NCBI GenBank assembly: GCA_044506615.1
Contig: JBIQKJ010000016.1
Location: 2,704 to 66,703, forward strand
Direction: 5' to 3'
Length of the DNA: 64,000 nt
Source of the DNA: Chloroflexota bacterium
GTDB lineage: Bacteria; Chloroflexota; Limnocylindria; Limnocylindrales; CSP1-4
In this document: one piece after another, positions 44,140 to 54,425 of the stretch
Position numbering within the stretch: position 1 is the stretch's first letter
Layout of the letters: each line of letters begins with the position of its first letter
Made by a program: the position numbers and the translations under genes
The notes under the pieces: model-generated
What the model saw: only the letters and a program-made list of their open reading frames with translations
Told to the model about the DNA's origin: nothing
The model's database searches: none

Positions 44140-44750
44140 TCAGGCCTCGCGGAGCCGCGCCAGCCAGAACAGCCCGACGATCGACTTCGCGTCCCCGATC
44201 TCGCCGCGCTCGGCCGCCGCGACCGCGTCGCGCCACGGCATCCGCACGAGGTGGAGCCGCTCGTCCTCGTCGGGCCCGAGCCGGTCGGCGTCGGCGGGGG
44301 TGAGGTCCTCCGCGAGGTACAGGTGCATGCGCTCGGTGGTGAACCCGGGAGCCGTGAAGAAGCGGCCGAGCAGCCGCCACGAGCCGGCCCGGTAGCCGGT
44401 CTCCTCCTCGAGCTCCCGGCGGGCCGCGAGGTCCGGGTCCTCGGTCCCGCCATCCGGTGCCGGATCGAGCGTCCCCGCCGGGATCTCGAGCAGGACCTGT
44501 GCGGCGGGCGAGCGGTACTGGCGCACGAGCAGCACGTCGCCGGCGGGGTCGACCGCCACGATCGCGACGGCCCCGGGGTGGCCCGCGACGTCGCGCGTCG
44601 CGCGCGTGCCGTCGGCGCGCTCGATCGTGTCGATCCGGAACGTCAGGTAGCGACCGCGGTGGAGGACGTCGGAGGCGACGACGCGCTCGACGAGATCGGC
44701 CCCGGAGTCGTCCTCCGGGGCCGAATCGCCGGGGGTGGGTGTCGGGCCGC

Positions 44751-44754
<4 letters not shown>
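44140..44754 (-). CDS. ADP-ribose pyrophosphatase-type Nudix hydrolase; start codon non-canonical or unresolved
   Basis: Nudix box GTLDPAPDGGTEDPDLAARRELEEETGY. The conserved N-terminal strands (VVASDVLHRGRYLTFRIDTIERADGTRATRDVAGHPGAVAIVAV) lie upstream of the first GTG (44559). That stretch has no ATG/GTG/TTG. The only near-cognate codon is CTG at 44754, overlapping the msiK stop. Confidence 0.7.
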
Positions 44755-45896
<1,142 letters not shown>

Positions 45897-45999
45897 CGAG
45901 TATTCCTCCTGGTCCCGACCGGCGCATCGCGGGCTCATGCATCCAGCTGCCGCCGAGGCGGACTGCGTGGACGAGCCCCGTACGTGGCAGGCACGGGTC
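45897..45999 (-). promoter_or_regulatory. Structured 5' leader of msiK (candidate msiK RNA motif)
   Basis: Minus-strand leader contains ACGA-CCCGU...ACGGG-..UCGU, CCGCCUCGGCGG and GCAU...AUGC hairpins. GGUCGGG immediately 5' of the AGGAGG SD can pair with upstream CCCGACC. Confidence 0.4.
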
Positions 46000-46005
46000 G
46001 TGGTG

Positions 46006-46034
46006 ATCGTAGGGTCGGGCAGGGGCGCGCGCAA
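46006..46034 (-). promoter_or_regulatory. Candidate msiK promoter TTGCGC-N17-TACGAT
   Basis: Hexamers read on the minus strand (TTGCGC 46034-46029, TACGAT 46011-46006). Confidence 0.45.
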
Positions 46035-46272
46035 CCCCCGGGTGGGCCCCCCGGAGCCGGCTGCACATCACAGCCGCATCGCGCTGCTACGACGAAGTCC
46101 GTAGGGAATCTCGTCCGACTGGCGGATGGACGGGTCGCCGTCCGGGGTCGATGCTTGGGTCGTCACCGGCGCCGGCCCGCCTCGGGACATCGACCCTTCT
46201 CGTCACCGCTGTCCCGATGCCGGCCGGCCCGTGACGATCCCTTCGATCAGACCGCCGGGTCGCCGCGCCCGC

Positions 46273-46701
46273 TCAGTCGCCGTTGGTGCGCCGAGCAGCA
46301 GCCTCGTGGGCGCGCCGGTACTCCTCGCGCAGCGCACGAACCTCGGCTCGGGCGATGGAGGCCTCGGTCGAGTCGGGGGCGAGCCCTGCCAGTCGCCGCT
46401 CGGCCTCGCGCCAGTCGGCCAGTACCGAGTGCACGTCCCGCGACGGGGCGAGCGTCTCGATCGATGCCTCGCCTTCGAGGTCGCCGCGATCGGCCGCCTC
46501 GTTCGCTCGCTTGGCGAGGTCCGTCTGGCGGTCGGTGGTGCGCAGGACCGTGCTTGCCAGCAGCTCGATCTCCGTCGCGAGCTCGACGAGCCGGGGAGAG
46601 TCGAGGGGCAGCGTCCGCTTCTCGTACTCGAGTTCGCGAAGACGGTCGAGGTTGGCGAGGAGCGCGTCGGACGTGCCGCGCAGCTCGGGCTCGAGGTTCA
46701 T
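46273..46701 (-). CDS. Hypothetical all-helical protein
   Basis: 142-aa ORF with coding-like composition (MNLEPELRGTSDALLANLDRLRELEYEKRTLPLDSPRLVELATEIELL...). GAGGAAG upstream. Confidence 0.55.
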   Translation of the reverse strand: MNLEPELRGTSDALLANLDRLRELEYEKRTLPLDSPRLVELATEIELLASTVLRTTDRQTDLAKRANEAADRGDLEGEASIETLAPSRDVHSVLADWREAERRLAGLAPDSTEASIARAEVRALREEYRRAHEAAARRTNGD

Positions 46702-46949
46702 GGGGGTGGGGACTTCCTCACGGTCTGGACTGCGGGGGAAGGATACGGGTTCCGGGCGGTTTGCGCTGTCGGCACACCCCGCATTGATACATGCCTGTAG
46801 CGCCCAACAACGCGGGATCAGGCGCGTCCATGGCGACCATCGGCCCCGGTCCTACGGGCCGACCGTCCCTGCCACCGAGCCGTGCGCGCTGCGAGGCTGG
46901 GGCCGTCGCGATCGCGTCCGCACCGACGCGCGCGACGAGGAGGTGTCCG

Positions 46950-47447
46950 ATGAACGTCCTGGTCAGCGCCGCGTCGCGGCACGGCGCCACGCGCGAGATC
47001 GCGGAGCGGATCGCGGCCGATCTCATCGCGGCCGGCGTCACCGCCGAGGTCGTCGAGCCCGATCGGGTCGGGTCGCTCGAGGGGTACGACGCGGTCGTGC
47101 TGGGCAGCGGTGTCTATGCCGGTCGCTGGCTCGAGCCCGCGCGCAAGCTCGTCGAGCGCCATGCCGACGGACTCCGCGCGCGCCCGGTCTGGCTGTTCTC
47201 GAGCGGGCCGATCGGCGACCCGCTCAAGCCCGAGGCCGAGCCGACCGACGCGGCGCCGATGCGGGAGGCGACGATGGCCCGCGAGCACCGGATCATCCCG
47301 GGCAAGCTCGATCGGGGAACGCTGAGCTTCGCCGAGCGTGCGATCACGCGGATCGTCGGCGCAGCGGACGGCGACTATCGGCCGTGGCCCGAGATCGACG
47401 CGTGGGCCGGCACGATCGCGGCCCAGCTGGCCTCGCCGACGCGCTGA
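46950..47447 (+). CDS. Flavodoxin-like (HemG/long-chain flavodoxin fold) protein, paralog 1
   Basis: ATG 46950 after GAGGAGG. MNVLVSAASRHGATREIAERIAADL...YDAVVLGSGVYAGRW...PVWLFSSGP. Confidence 0.8.
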   Translation: MNVLVSAASRHGATREIAERIAADLIAAGVTAEVVEPDRVGSLEGYDAVVLGSGVYAGRWLEPARKLVERHADGLRARPVWLFSSGPIGDPLKPEAEPTDAAPMREATMAREHRIIPGKLDRGTLSFAERAITRIVGAADGDYRPWPEIDAWAGTIAAQLASPTR

Positions 47448-47583
47448 GCTCGTCCCGGCGTCACCAGTCGCGATCGAGCGCCAGCGCGAGGCGGCCGGCG
47501 CGCCCGAGCATCGCGAGGGCGGCTGCCTGCCGGACGAACGGCTCGATCACGCCGTCCCGGATCTCGCCGGGCTCGCGAACCGG

Positions 47584-48102
47584 TCAGCTCGGGAACATCG
47601 CGGCGTGTCGGGTGGCGTCGATCGCGTCGGGGTCGGCGAACGGGCCGGTGACGAGCACCTCGCCCATGACCTCCTCGTCCTCGGCTCGCCGGACGAGGTA
47701 GCGGTGGTGGATCTCGGTGACGCCCGTGGCAAGCGTTCCGCCCACGGCGCAGTAGCGGGTCGCGCTCAGCTCGATCGCCCGGCGGACCGCCGCGATCTCG
47801 ACCGACGCGCCCTCGACGACGTGGATCAGGTCGATTCGCGTAAACACCGCGGGATGGGCGCCGTCGCGCTGCTCCGCGCGGACCTTGACCTCGTAGTGGC
47901 CGATCTCCTGGCGCTTCTTGTGCAGGATCGAGAGGACGTCCATCGCGGTGCAGCCCGCGAGGGCGACCGCGAGCAGCTCGGCGGGTCGTGGTCCGCCGTC
48001 GCCCTCGGCGGTGTCCAAGGCGAGCACGTGGCCGCTGCCGGTCGTGGCGACGAAGCGGAGGCCGTCGCCTCCATGGGTCAAGGTTGCGGTCCTCGTGGTC
48101 AT
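47584..48102 (-). CDS. osmC: OsmC/Ohr-family peroxiredoxin-like protein
   Basis: ATG 48102 after GGAGG. PRPAELLAVALAGCTAMDVLSILHKK...ELSATRYCAVGGTL carries the two OsmC Cys. It is the only real part of the 1300-aa track ORF 47584-51486. Confidence 0.85.
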   Translation of the reverse strand: MTTRTATLTHGGDGLRFVATTGSGHVLALDTAEGDGGPRPAELLAVALAGCTAMDVLSILHKKRQEIGHYEVKVRAEQRDGAHPAVFTRIDLIHVVEGASVEIAAVRRAIELSATRYCAVGGTLATGVTEIHHRYLVRRAEDEEVMGEVLVTGPFADPDAIDATRHAAMFPS

Positions 48103-48243
48103 GGCTGCCTCCGTGCTGCGCGAGTTCGACGATCGCGGGGGCGCCGGTCCCGTCCAAGTGGCCCTCGGGCCGCTCACGCCGTGCCGTTCGGCCCTCAACC
48201 GGCAGGTGCCGCCGGGGCACGCTGGGGGCACAAGGAGGATCCG

Positions 48244-48711
48244 ATGACCACAGCCACCGAGACGACGACCCGTGCCACCGACACCGTGACCGCGGAGCTG
48301 AGCCGGCTGCTCGCCGACAGCTACACGCTCTATCTGAAGACGCAGGGCTACCACTGGAACGTCATCGGACCGGAGTTCCCGGCGCTCCATCGGATGTTCG
48401 AGGAGCAGTACACGGAGCTCGCGCTCGCGGTCGACGTCATCGCCGAGCGGATCCGCGCGCGGGGCGCGTTCGCGCCGGGATCGTTCCGGGCGATGGAGCG
48501 CCTGGCGTCGGTCTCGGATGAGGAGGGCGCGCCCGATGCGGCCGAGATGCTCGCGCGCCTGATCGAGGCGCACGAGGTCGTCGTCCGCACCGCGCGCTCG
48601 ACGCTTGCCGCGGCCGAGGCGGCTGAGGACGCCGTCACGGTGGACCTCGCCACGGAGCGCATCACGGTCCACGAGAAGACGCTCTGGATGCTGCGCGCGA
48701 CCGCAGCCTGA
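48244..48711 (+). CDS. dps: Dps (DNA-protecting ferritin-like protein)
   Basis: ATG 48244 after AAGGAGG. LSRLLADSYTLYLKTQGYHWNVIGPEFPALHRMFEEQYTEL...HEKTLWMLRA. Confidence 0.9.
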   Translation: MTTATETTTRATDTVTAELSRLLADSYTLYLKTQGYHWNVIGPEFPALHRMFEEQYTELALAVDVIAERIRARGAFAPGSFRAMERLASVSDEEGAPDAAEMLARLIEAHEVVVRTARSTLAAAEAAEDAVTVDLATERITVHEKTLWMLRATAA

Positions 48712-48802
48712 CCGCCAGGCGGGCGCGACTGCCCCGCGCGTCCCCGAGTGGCGTCCCGCGACTCCGGCGAGCCGCTGGACGGGCCCGCCATCGCGTGCGA
48801 GA

Positions 48803-48819
48803 ATACCCCCTGGGAGTAT
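48803..48819 (+). promoter_or_regulatory. CsoR-type operator-like dyad ATAC-N9-GTAT in front of copA
   Basis: ATACCCCCTGGGAGTAT. It overlaps a TGcGAGAAT extended -10-like element (48796-48804; TGGACG 17 nt upstream) and is followed by AAGAGGAG and TTG 48835. Confidence 0.55.
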
Positions 48820-48834
48820 CAAGAGGAGTTCGCG

Positions 48835-51207
48835 TTGACCGCCGCACCACCCCAGGACGAGCCGCTGCGCATCGTGTCGTTCCCGGTCGAGGGGATGACC
48901 TGCGCGGCATGCGTGAACCGGATCACCCGCTTCCTCCGGCAGGTCGACGGCGTCGACGAGGCGACCGTCAACCTGGCCGCGGAGTCGGCCACGGTGCGGT
49001 TCGATCCGGCTCGGGTCGGTCTCGCGCAGCTCGGAGCCGCCGTCGAGGCCGCAGGGTACGAAGCGCGCATGCCGTCGGGCGCGCCCGGCGACGACGCGCC
49101 GGCGGGCGTCGCCCAGGTGGCCGAGGCCCGTTCGGAGCGCGACGAGGCCGCCGCCCGCCACCTCGCCTCGCTGCGGCGACGACTGGTCGTGGCCGTGGTG
49201 CTGACGATCCCGCTCCTCGGCGGGCTCGCCAGGATGACCGTCGCGCCGTGGCTTCCGGCGATCCTCACCGAGCCGCTCTTCCAGCTGGCGCTCGCGACGC
49301 CCGTCCAGTTCTGGGCGGGCTGGCCGTTCTACCGCGGGGCGGTCAAGGCGCTGCGCCACCGAACGGCCGACATGAACACGCTGATCGCAGTAGGGACGTC
49401 CGCTGCGTACGGCTACTCGCTGGCCACGATCCTCGTGCCCGATTTCTTCCGGGCGGCCGGTCTCGGCATGGACGGGGCGGAGCTGCCGCTCTACTTCGAC
49501 ACCTCCGCGGTGATCGTCGCGCTGATCCTCACCGGCCGGTACCTGGAGGCCCGGGCGCGCAGCCACACGTCCGATGCGATCCGCCGGCTGGTCGGCCTGC
49601 AGCCACGGACCGCGCGCCTGGTCCGCGGCACGACCGAGGTCGACGTGCCGATCGAGTCGGTCGTCGTCGGGGACGTGGTCCGCGTGCGTCCCGGCGAGAA
49701 GGTCGCGGTCGACGGCGTCGTGCTCGAGGGGCGCTCGGGCGTCGACGAGTCGATGGTGACCGGCGAGAGCATCCCCGTCGCCAAGGGTCCGGGCGACGAG
49801 GTGATCGCGGCCACCCTCAACACCACCGGCACGCTCACGTTCCGTGCATCGCGGGTCGGTCGCGACACGGTGCTGGCCCAGATCGTCCGGCTCGTGTCCG
49901 AGGCTCAGGGCTCGCGCGCGCCGATCCAGCGGCTCGCAGACGTCGTGACCGGCTACTTCGTGCCGGCGGTCCTCGCGCTGGCCGCGCTGACCTTCGTGGT
50001 CTGGCTGCTGGCCGGTCCGGCGCCGGCCTTCAACCTCGCGCTGCTCAACACGGTCGCGGTCCTGATCATCGCGTGCCCGTGTGCGCTCGGGCTCGCGACG
50101 CCGACGTCGATCATGGTCGGGACCGGGAAGGGCGCCGAGGCCGGCGTGCTGTTCCGCAACGCCGAGGCGCTCGAGCGGCTGGGCGCGGTGCGGGCGGTGG
50201 TCCTCGACAAGACCGGCACCGTGACCGAGGGCCGGCCGCGCGTGACCGACGTCATCCGCCTCGATGGCGCGCCGGGGGAGGAACGCCTGCTCGCGCTCGT
50301 CGGCGCGGCCGAGGCCGGCTCCGAGCATCCACTCGCCGACGCGGTGTTGCGCCATGTCCGCGACGAGCGGCGGATCCCGATGGCAGCCGCCGAGACGTTC
50401 GAGTCGACGCCCGGCGGCGGCGTCGTCGCCGACGTCGAGGGCGTCCGGGTCGTCGTCGGGCGCGCCGGCTTCCTCGAATCGCACGGTATCGACGTCGCAC
50501 AGCTGACCGGCGAGGCGGATCGTCTCGCGGCCGACGGCCGTACGCCGGTGCTCGCCGCGATCGACGGGCGTCCGGCGGGGATCCTCGCGATCGCCGACAC
50601 CGTCAAGCCGGGCTCCCTCGAGGCGGTCGCGGAGCTGCACCGGCTCGGCCTCCGGGTCGTGATGCTCACCGGCGACAACCGGCGGACCGCCGAGGCCATC
50701 GCGCGGTCGGTGGGGATCGACCAGGTCCTGGCCGACCTGCGGCCCGACGGGAAGGCCGCCGCCGTGCGCGCGCTCCAGGCCGACGGGCTGAAGGTCGCCA
50801 TGGTCGGCGACGGCGTGAACGACGCGCCGGCCCTCGCCTCGGCCGACGTCGGGATCGCGATGGGCACGGGGACGGACGTCGCGCTGGAGTCGGCTGGCGT
50901 GACGCTGATGCGGGGCGATCTGCGCGGGCTGGTGACGGCCATCGCGCTCTCCCGGGCGACGATGCGCAACATCCGCGAGAACCTCTTCTGGGCGTTCGCC
51001 TACAACGTCGTCCTCATCCCGGTCGCGATGGGCGCGCTGTACCCGTTCTTCGGCATCCTGCTCGATCCGATCCTTGCCGCGGCCGCAATGGCGCTCAGCT
51101 CGGTGACGGTGGTGTCGAACGCGCTGCGGTTGCGCCGCTTCCGCGCGCCCGTGGTGTCGGCGCCGCCGCCGCCTGCGCGGACGCCGGTTCGGTCCGCCGC
51201 GGGCTGA
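48835..51207 (+). CDS. copA: Copper-translocating P1B-1 ATPase with one N-terminal HMA domain
   Basis: [11 protein letters not shown] (HMA), CPC in TM6 ([13 protein letters not shown]), [20 protein letters not shown] 48835 is preferred (RBS 6 nt upstream) over the track start 48748, which would place the operator inside the coding sequence. Confidence 0.9.
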   Translation: MTAAPPQDEPLRIVSFPVEGMTCAACVNRITRFLRQVDGVDEATVNLAAESATVRFDPARVGLAQLGAAVEAAGYEARMPSGAPGDDAPAGVAQVAEARSERDEAAARHLASLRRRLVVAVVLTIPLLGGLARMTVAPWLPAILTEPLFQLALATPVQFWAGWPFYRGAVKALRHRTADMNTLIAVGTSAAYGYSLATILVPDFFRAAGLGMDGAELPLYFDTSAVIVALILTGRYLEARARSHTSDAIRRLVGLQPRTARLVRGTTEVDVPIESVVVGDVVRVRPGEKVAVDGVVLEGRSGVDESMVTGESIPVAKGPGDEVIAATLNTTGTLTFRASRVGRDTVLAQIVRLVSEAQGSRAPIQRLADVVTGYFVPAVLALAALTFVVWLLAGPAPAFNLALLNTVAVLIIACPCALGLATPTSIMVGTGKGAEAGVLFRNAEALERLGAVRAVVLDKTGTVTEGRPRVTDVIRLDGAPGEERLLALVGAAEAGSEHPLADAVLRHVRDERRIPMAAAETFESTPGGGVVADVEGVRVVVGRAGFLESHGIDVAQLTGEADRLAADGRTPVLAAIDGRPAGILAIADTVKPGSLEAVAELHRLGLRVVMLTGDNRRTAEAIARSVGIDQVLADLRPDGKAAAVRALQADGLKVAMVGDGVNDAPALASADVGIAMGTGTDVALESAGVTLMRGDLRGLVTAIALSRATMRNIRENLFWAFAYNVVLIPVAMGALYPFFGILLDPILAAAAMALSSVTVVSNALRLRRFRAPVVSAPPPPARTPVRSAAG

Positions 51208-51377
51208 CGTCCCGCGGGAACCCGCCAGCATCCGTCTCCCGGCCCGGGATCGGACGCGCGTTCGGCGCCGCCGCTGGCGCGACGGGCCTCCGGACCCGCG
51301 TCGCCGCGACGTTCGGCCCGTGCGCGGCTCCGGTTCCCGGTGTTTCGCTGGACGGCAGCGCGCGAGGGAGGATCGGC

Positions 51378-52922
51378 ATGGACCGCACGACAGTCGAACA
51401 CCTGGACCAGCTCGGGCGGGTCGAGCCGGCCGACCGGGTTGTCGCCGGGTGGCGCGCCGGGTTCGGCCTGGCCGTGGCCCTCGCAATCGTCGCGGGCCTC
51501 GCGTCCGCGGCGCTGATCCCGCGCGGTCCGACCACCGAGATCGAGGCGCTCGGGACGATGGCCCTCGGGTTGCTCATCGGGCTCGCGACCGGCGCGCTGG
51601 TGCGGCGACGCGCGGCGATCGTGCCGGTCGGGCTGGCCCATCTTGCAGCGATCGAGCTCGGGCGGCTCGGCGCCGTCGGTCCCACGGTCGACGCGCTCCG
51701 CCTGGACAACGTCTTCGGGATCATCGCCTTCGCGGTCGGGCGGGGGCTGCACGGGCTGCTGCTCGTGGTGCCGATGGCGTTCGGGGTGGCAGCGGCGACC
51801 CGGTTGGTCGCCTCGCGCGAGGCCGGCGGGGCCCCGCGCCGCCGCGCGGTCGGGACCGGCATCCTCGGCGTCCTCACGCTGTGGCTCGCGTTCGCGGCGG
51901 GGCTGCCCGGCTCGACGCCGCCGATCGTCGGTCCAGACGGCCAGCCCGTCCCGGGCAGCATCGGGGAGCTGGCGACCGTGCGGCTCGGTGGGCTCGACCA
52001 GACCGTCATGATCCGGGCGGCCGACCCGACGAAGCCCGTCCTGCTCTACCTCGGCGGCGGCCCCGGTCAGTCGGACCTCGCCTACTCCCGGCCGGTCGGC
52101 GACGCCTGGGTCCACGACGTCGTCTTCGTCGATTGGGACCAGCGGGGGAACGGGCTGTCGTACCCGGCCCTCGAGCCGACCTCGACGCTGACCGCCGAGC
52201 GGGCGGTCGCCGATCTGATCGAGCTGACCGACTACCTTCGGACGCGCTTCGACGAGGAGCGCATCTACCTCATGGGCGAGTCGTGGGGGACGCTGCTCGG
52301 CGTGCTGGCGGTCCGCGAGCGCCCCGACCTGTACCACGCGTTCATCGGCAGCGGCCAGATGGTCAACATCGCCGAGACCGACGCCCGGATCTACGATGAT
52401 CTCGTCGCGTATGCCACGACCAGCGGCAACGCCGAGCTCGAGGCGACGCTGGCCGGCTTCGGGCACCCGCCGTACCGCGACATCCCGTGGTCGAACGGGG
52501 CGATCTGGGGCTTCTACGACTACCTCTACGCCCCGTACACGCCCTCGGCCGGCTACATCGACCGGCTCACCGCCGCCGCGCCCGGGCCGTACGGCCTGCT
52601 TGCCCATGAGTACGGCCTGATCGACAAGGCGAACGCCCTGCGCGGCCTCATCGACGTCTTCACGATCCTCTACCCGAAGGTCCAGGCCATCGACCTGCGG
52701 GTCGAGGCCGCGTCGCTCGACGTGCCGGTCTGGGTCCTCGACGGGCTTGCCGAACTCGACGGCCGACGCGATCTCATGCTCGAATGGTTCGAGGCCCTCG
52801 ACGCGCCGGTGAAGCACCTCGTCCCGTACGAGGACGCGGCGCACTCGGTGGCCTTCGAGCAGGTCGACGCGGTGCGAACGCTGCTGGTCGAGGAGGTCAT
52901 CCCGGCGACGTACGACCGGTAA
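51378..52922 (+). CDS. Alpha/beta hydrolase (prolyl-aminopeptidase/lipase-like) fused to an N-terminal multi-TM domain
   Basis: ATG 51378 after GGGAGGA. About 190 aa with 5-6 hydrophobic helices, then YLGGGPGQS, nucleophile elbow GESWG, and C-terminal ...AAHS. It is the real 3' part of track ORF 48795-52922. Confidence 0.8.
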   Translation: MDRTTVEHLDQLGRVEPADRVVAGWRAGFGLAVALAIVAGLASAALIPRGPTTEIEALGTMALGLLIGLATGALVRRRAAIVPVGLAHLAAIELGRLGAVGPTVDALRLDNVFGIIAFAVGRGLHGLLLVVPMAFGVAAATRLVASREAGGAPRRRAVGTGILGVLTLWLAFAAGLPGSTPPIVGPDGQPVPGSIGELATVRLGGLDQTVMIRAADPTKPVLLYLGGGPGQSDLAYSRPVGDAWVHDVVFVDWDQRGNGLSYPALEPTSTLTAERAVADLIELTDYLRTRFDEERIYLMGESWGTLLGVLAVRERPDLYHAFIGSGQMVNIAETDARIYDDLVAYATTSGNAELEATLAGFGHPPYRDIPWSNGAIWGFYDYLYAPYTPSAGYIDRLTAAAPGPYGLLAHEYGLIDKANALRGLIDVFTILYPKVQAIDLRVEAASLDVPVWVLDGLAELDGRRDLMLEWFEALDAPVKHLVPYEDAAHSVAFEQVDAVRTLLVEEVIPATYDR

Positions 52923-52994
52923 CGCCCGCGCCGTCGCGCGTCGCGACCGCATGCGGGACGATAGGGCCGGACACGACCACCGACCAGGGACGCC

Positions 52995-54425
52995 ATGCCC
53001 GACCTGTCCGCCCCGGACGCGGAGCTTGCCCGGTTCCTCATCGAGCGCGGCCTTGCGCTGATCTACCTGATCGCGTTCGTCGTCGCGGCGCACCAGTTCC
53101 CGGCGCTGTCGGGCGACCGGGGCCTCGAGCCCGCTCGGCACGTGCTCGCGTCGACGACCTTCCGGCAGACGCCCTCGATCTTCCATCTGGGCTACTCGGA
53201 CCGAGCCCTGCGGCTCGTGGCCGCCGTCGGCGCGGCGGTCGCGGCGCTGCTCCTCGCCGGCATTCCGCAGTCGCTGCCGCTCCCCGTGACGATGCTCGCC
53301 TGGTTCGGCCTGTGGGCGCTGTACAGCTCGATCGTCAACGTGGGCGGCACCTTCTACGGGTTCGGCTGGGAGACGCTGCTGCTCGAGGCCGGCTTCCTCG
53401 CGATCTTCCTCGGCAACAGCGAGGTCGCGCCGCCCTGGCCAATCATCCTGGCGTTCCGCTGGCTCGCCTTCCGGGTCGAGTTCGGGGCCGGCCTGATCAA
53501 GCTTCGCGGCGACCCCTGCTGGCGCCGGCTCACGTGCATGGAGTGGCACCACGAGACGCAGCCGCTGCCGAACCCGCTGTCGTGGGTCTTCCACCAGCTG
53601 CCGCGCCCGCTGCACCGGGTGGAGGCGATCGGGAACTTCGTCGCGCAGCTCGTGCTGCCGTTCGGGCTCTTCCTGCCGCAGCCGATCGCCACGATCGCCG
53701 CCGTGGCGATGATCGTCACCCAGCTGTACCTCGTCGTGAGCGGCAACTACGCGTGGCTCAACTGGATCACGATCGTCGTGCTCTGCGCCGGCTTGGGTGA
53801 CGCCGTCCTCGGCCAGCCCGACTGGCTCCCGGTTGCCGCAGCCGCCGCCGCGCCGGACTGGTTCACGCTCGCGGTCATCGCGCTGGCGATCGTGATCGCC
53901 GCGCTCAGCGTGTTCCCGATCCGCAACATGGCCAGCCCGCACCAGCGGATGAACGCCTCGTTCGACCCGCTCCGGCTGGTCAACACGTACGGCGCGTTCG
54001 GGAGCGTCAGCCGCGACCGCTACGAGGTCGTCGTCGAGGGCACCGACGCCGAGATCCCCGACGCGACCGCCGAATGGCGCGAGTACGAGTTCCTGGGCAA
54101 GCCCGGCGATCCCCGCCGGATGCCTCCGCAGGTTGCGCCGTACCATCTCCGCCTGGACTGGCTCATGTGGTTCCTGCCGCTGTCACCGCGCTACGGGGAG
54201 GGCTGGTTCGTGCCGTTCCTCGCTGCGCTGCTCCGCGGCGACCGGGCCACGCTCCGGCTCCTGCGCCGCTCGCCGTTCCCCGACGCCCCGCCGCGGTACG
54301 TTCGCGCCCGGCTCTTCCTGTACCGGTTCACCGACCCGCGCGAGCGACGGGCGACCGGCCGCTGGTGGCACCGCGAGCTCGTCGGCGAGTTCGTACCGCC
54401 CATGCGGCTCCAGGAGTCGTCGTGA
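52995..54425 (+). CDS. Lipase maturation factor (LMF1/DUF1222) family membrane protein
   Basis: Polytopic protein. WETLLLEAGFLAIFLG, FRVEFGAGLIKLRGDPCWRRLTCMEWHHETQPLPNP, YHLRLDWLMWF are LMF-family signatures as I recall them. Confidence 0.75.
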   Translation: MPDLSAPDAELARFLIERGLALIYLIAFVVAAHQFPALSGDRGLEPARHVLASTTFRQTPSIFHLGYSDRALRLVAAVGAAVAALLLAGIPQSLPLPVTMLAWFGLWALYSSIVNVGGTFYGFGWETLLLEAGFLAIFLGNSEVAPPWPIILAFRWLAFRVEFGAGLIKLRGDPCWRRLTCMEWHHETQPLPNPLSWVFHQLPRPLHRVEAIGNFVAQLVLPFGLFLPQPIATIAAVAMIVTQLYLVVSGNYAWLNWITIVVLCAGLGDAVLGQPDWLPVAAAAAAPDWFTLAVIALAIVIAALSVFPIRNMASPHQRMNASFDPLRLVNTYGAFGSVSRDRYEVVVEGTDAEIPDATAEWREYEFLGKPGDPRRMPPQVAPYHLRLDWLMWFLPLSPRYGEGWFVPFLAALLRGDRATLRLLRRSPFPDAPPRYVRARLFLYRFTDPRERRATGRWWHRELVGEFVPPMRLQESS

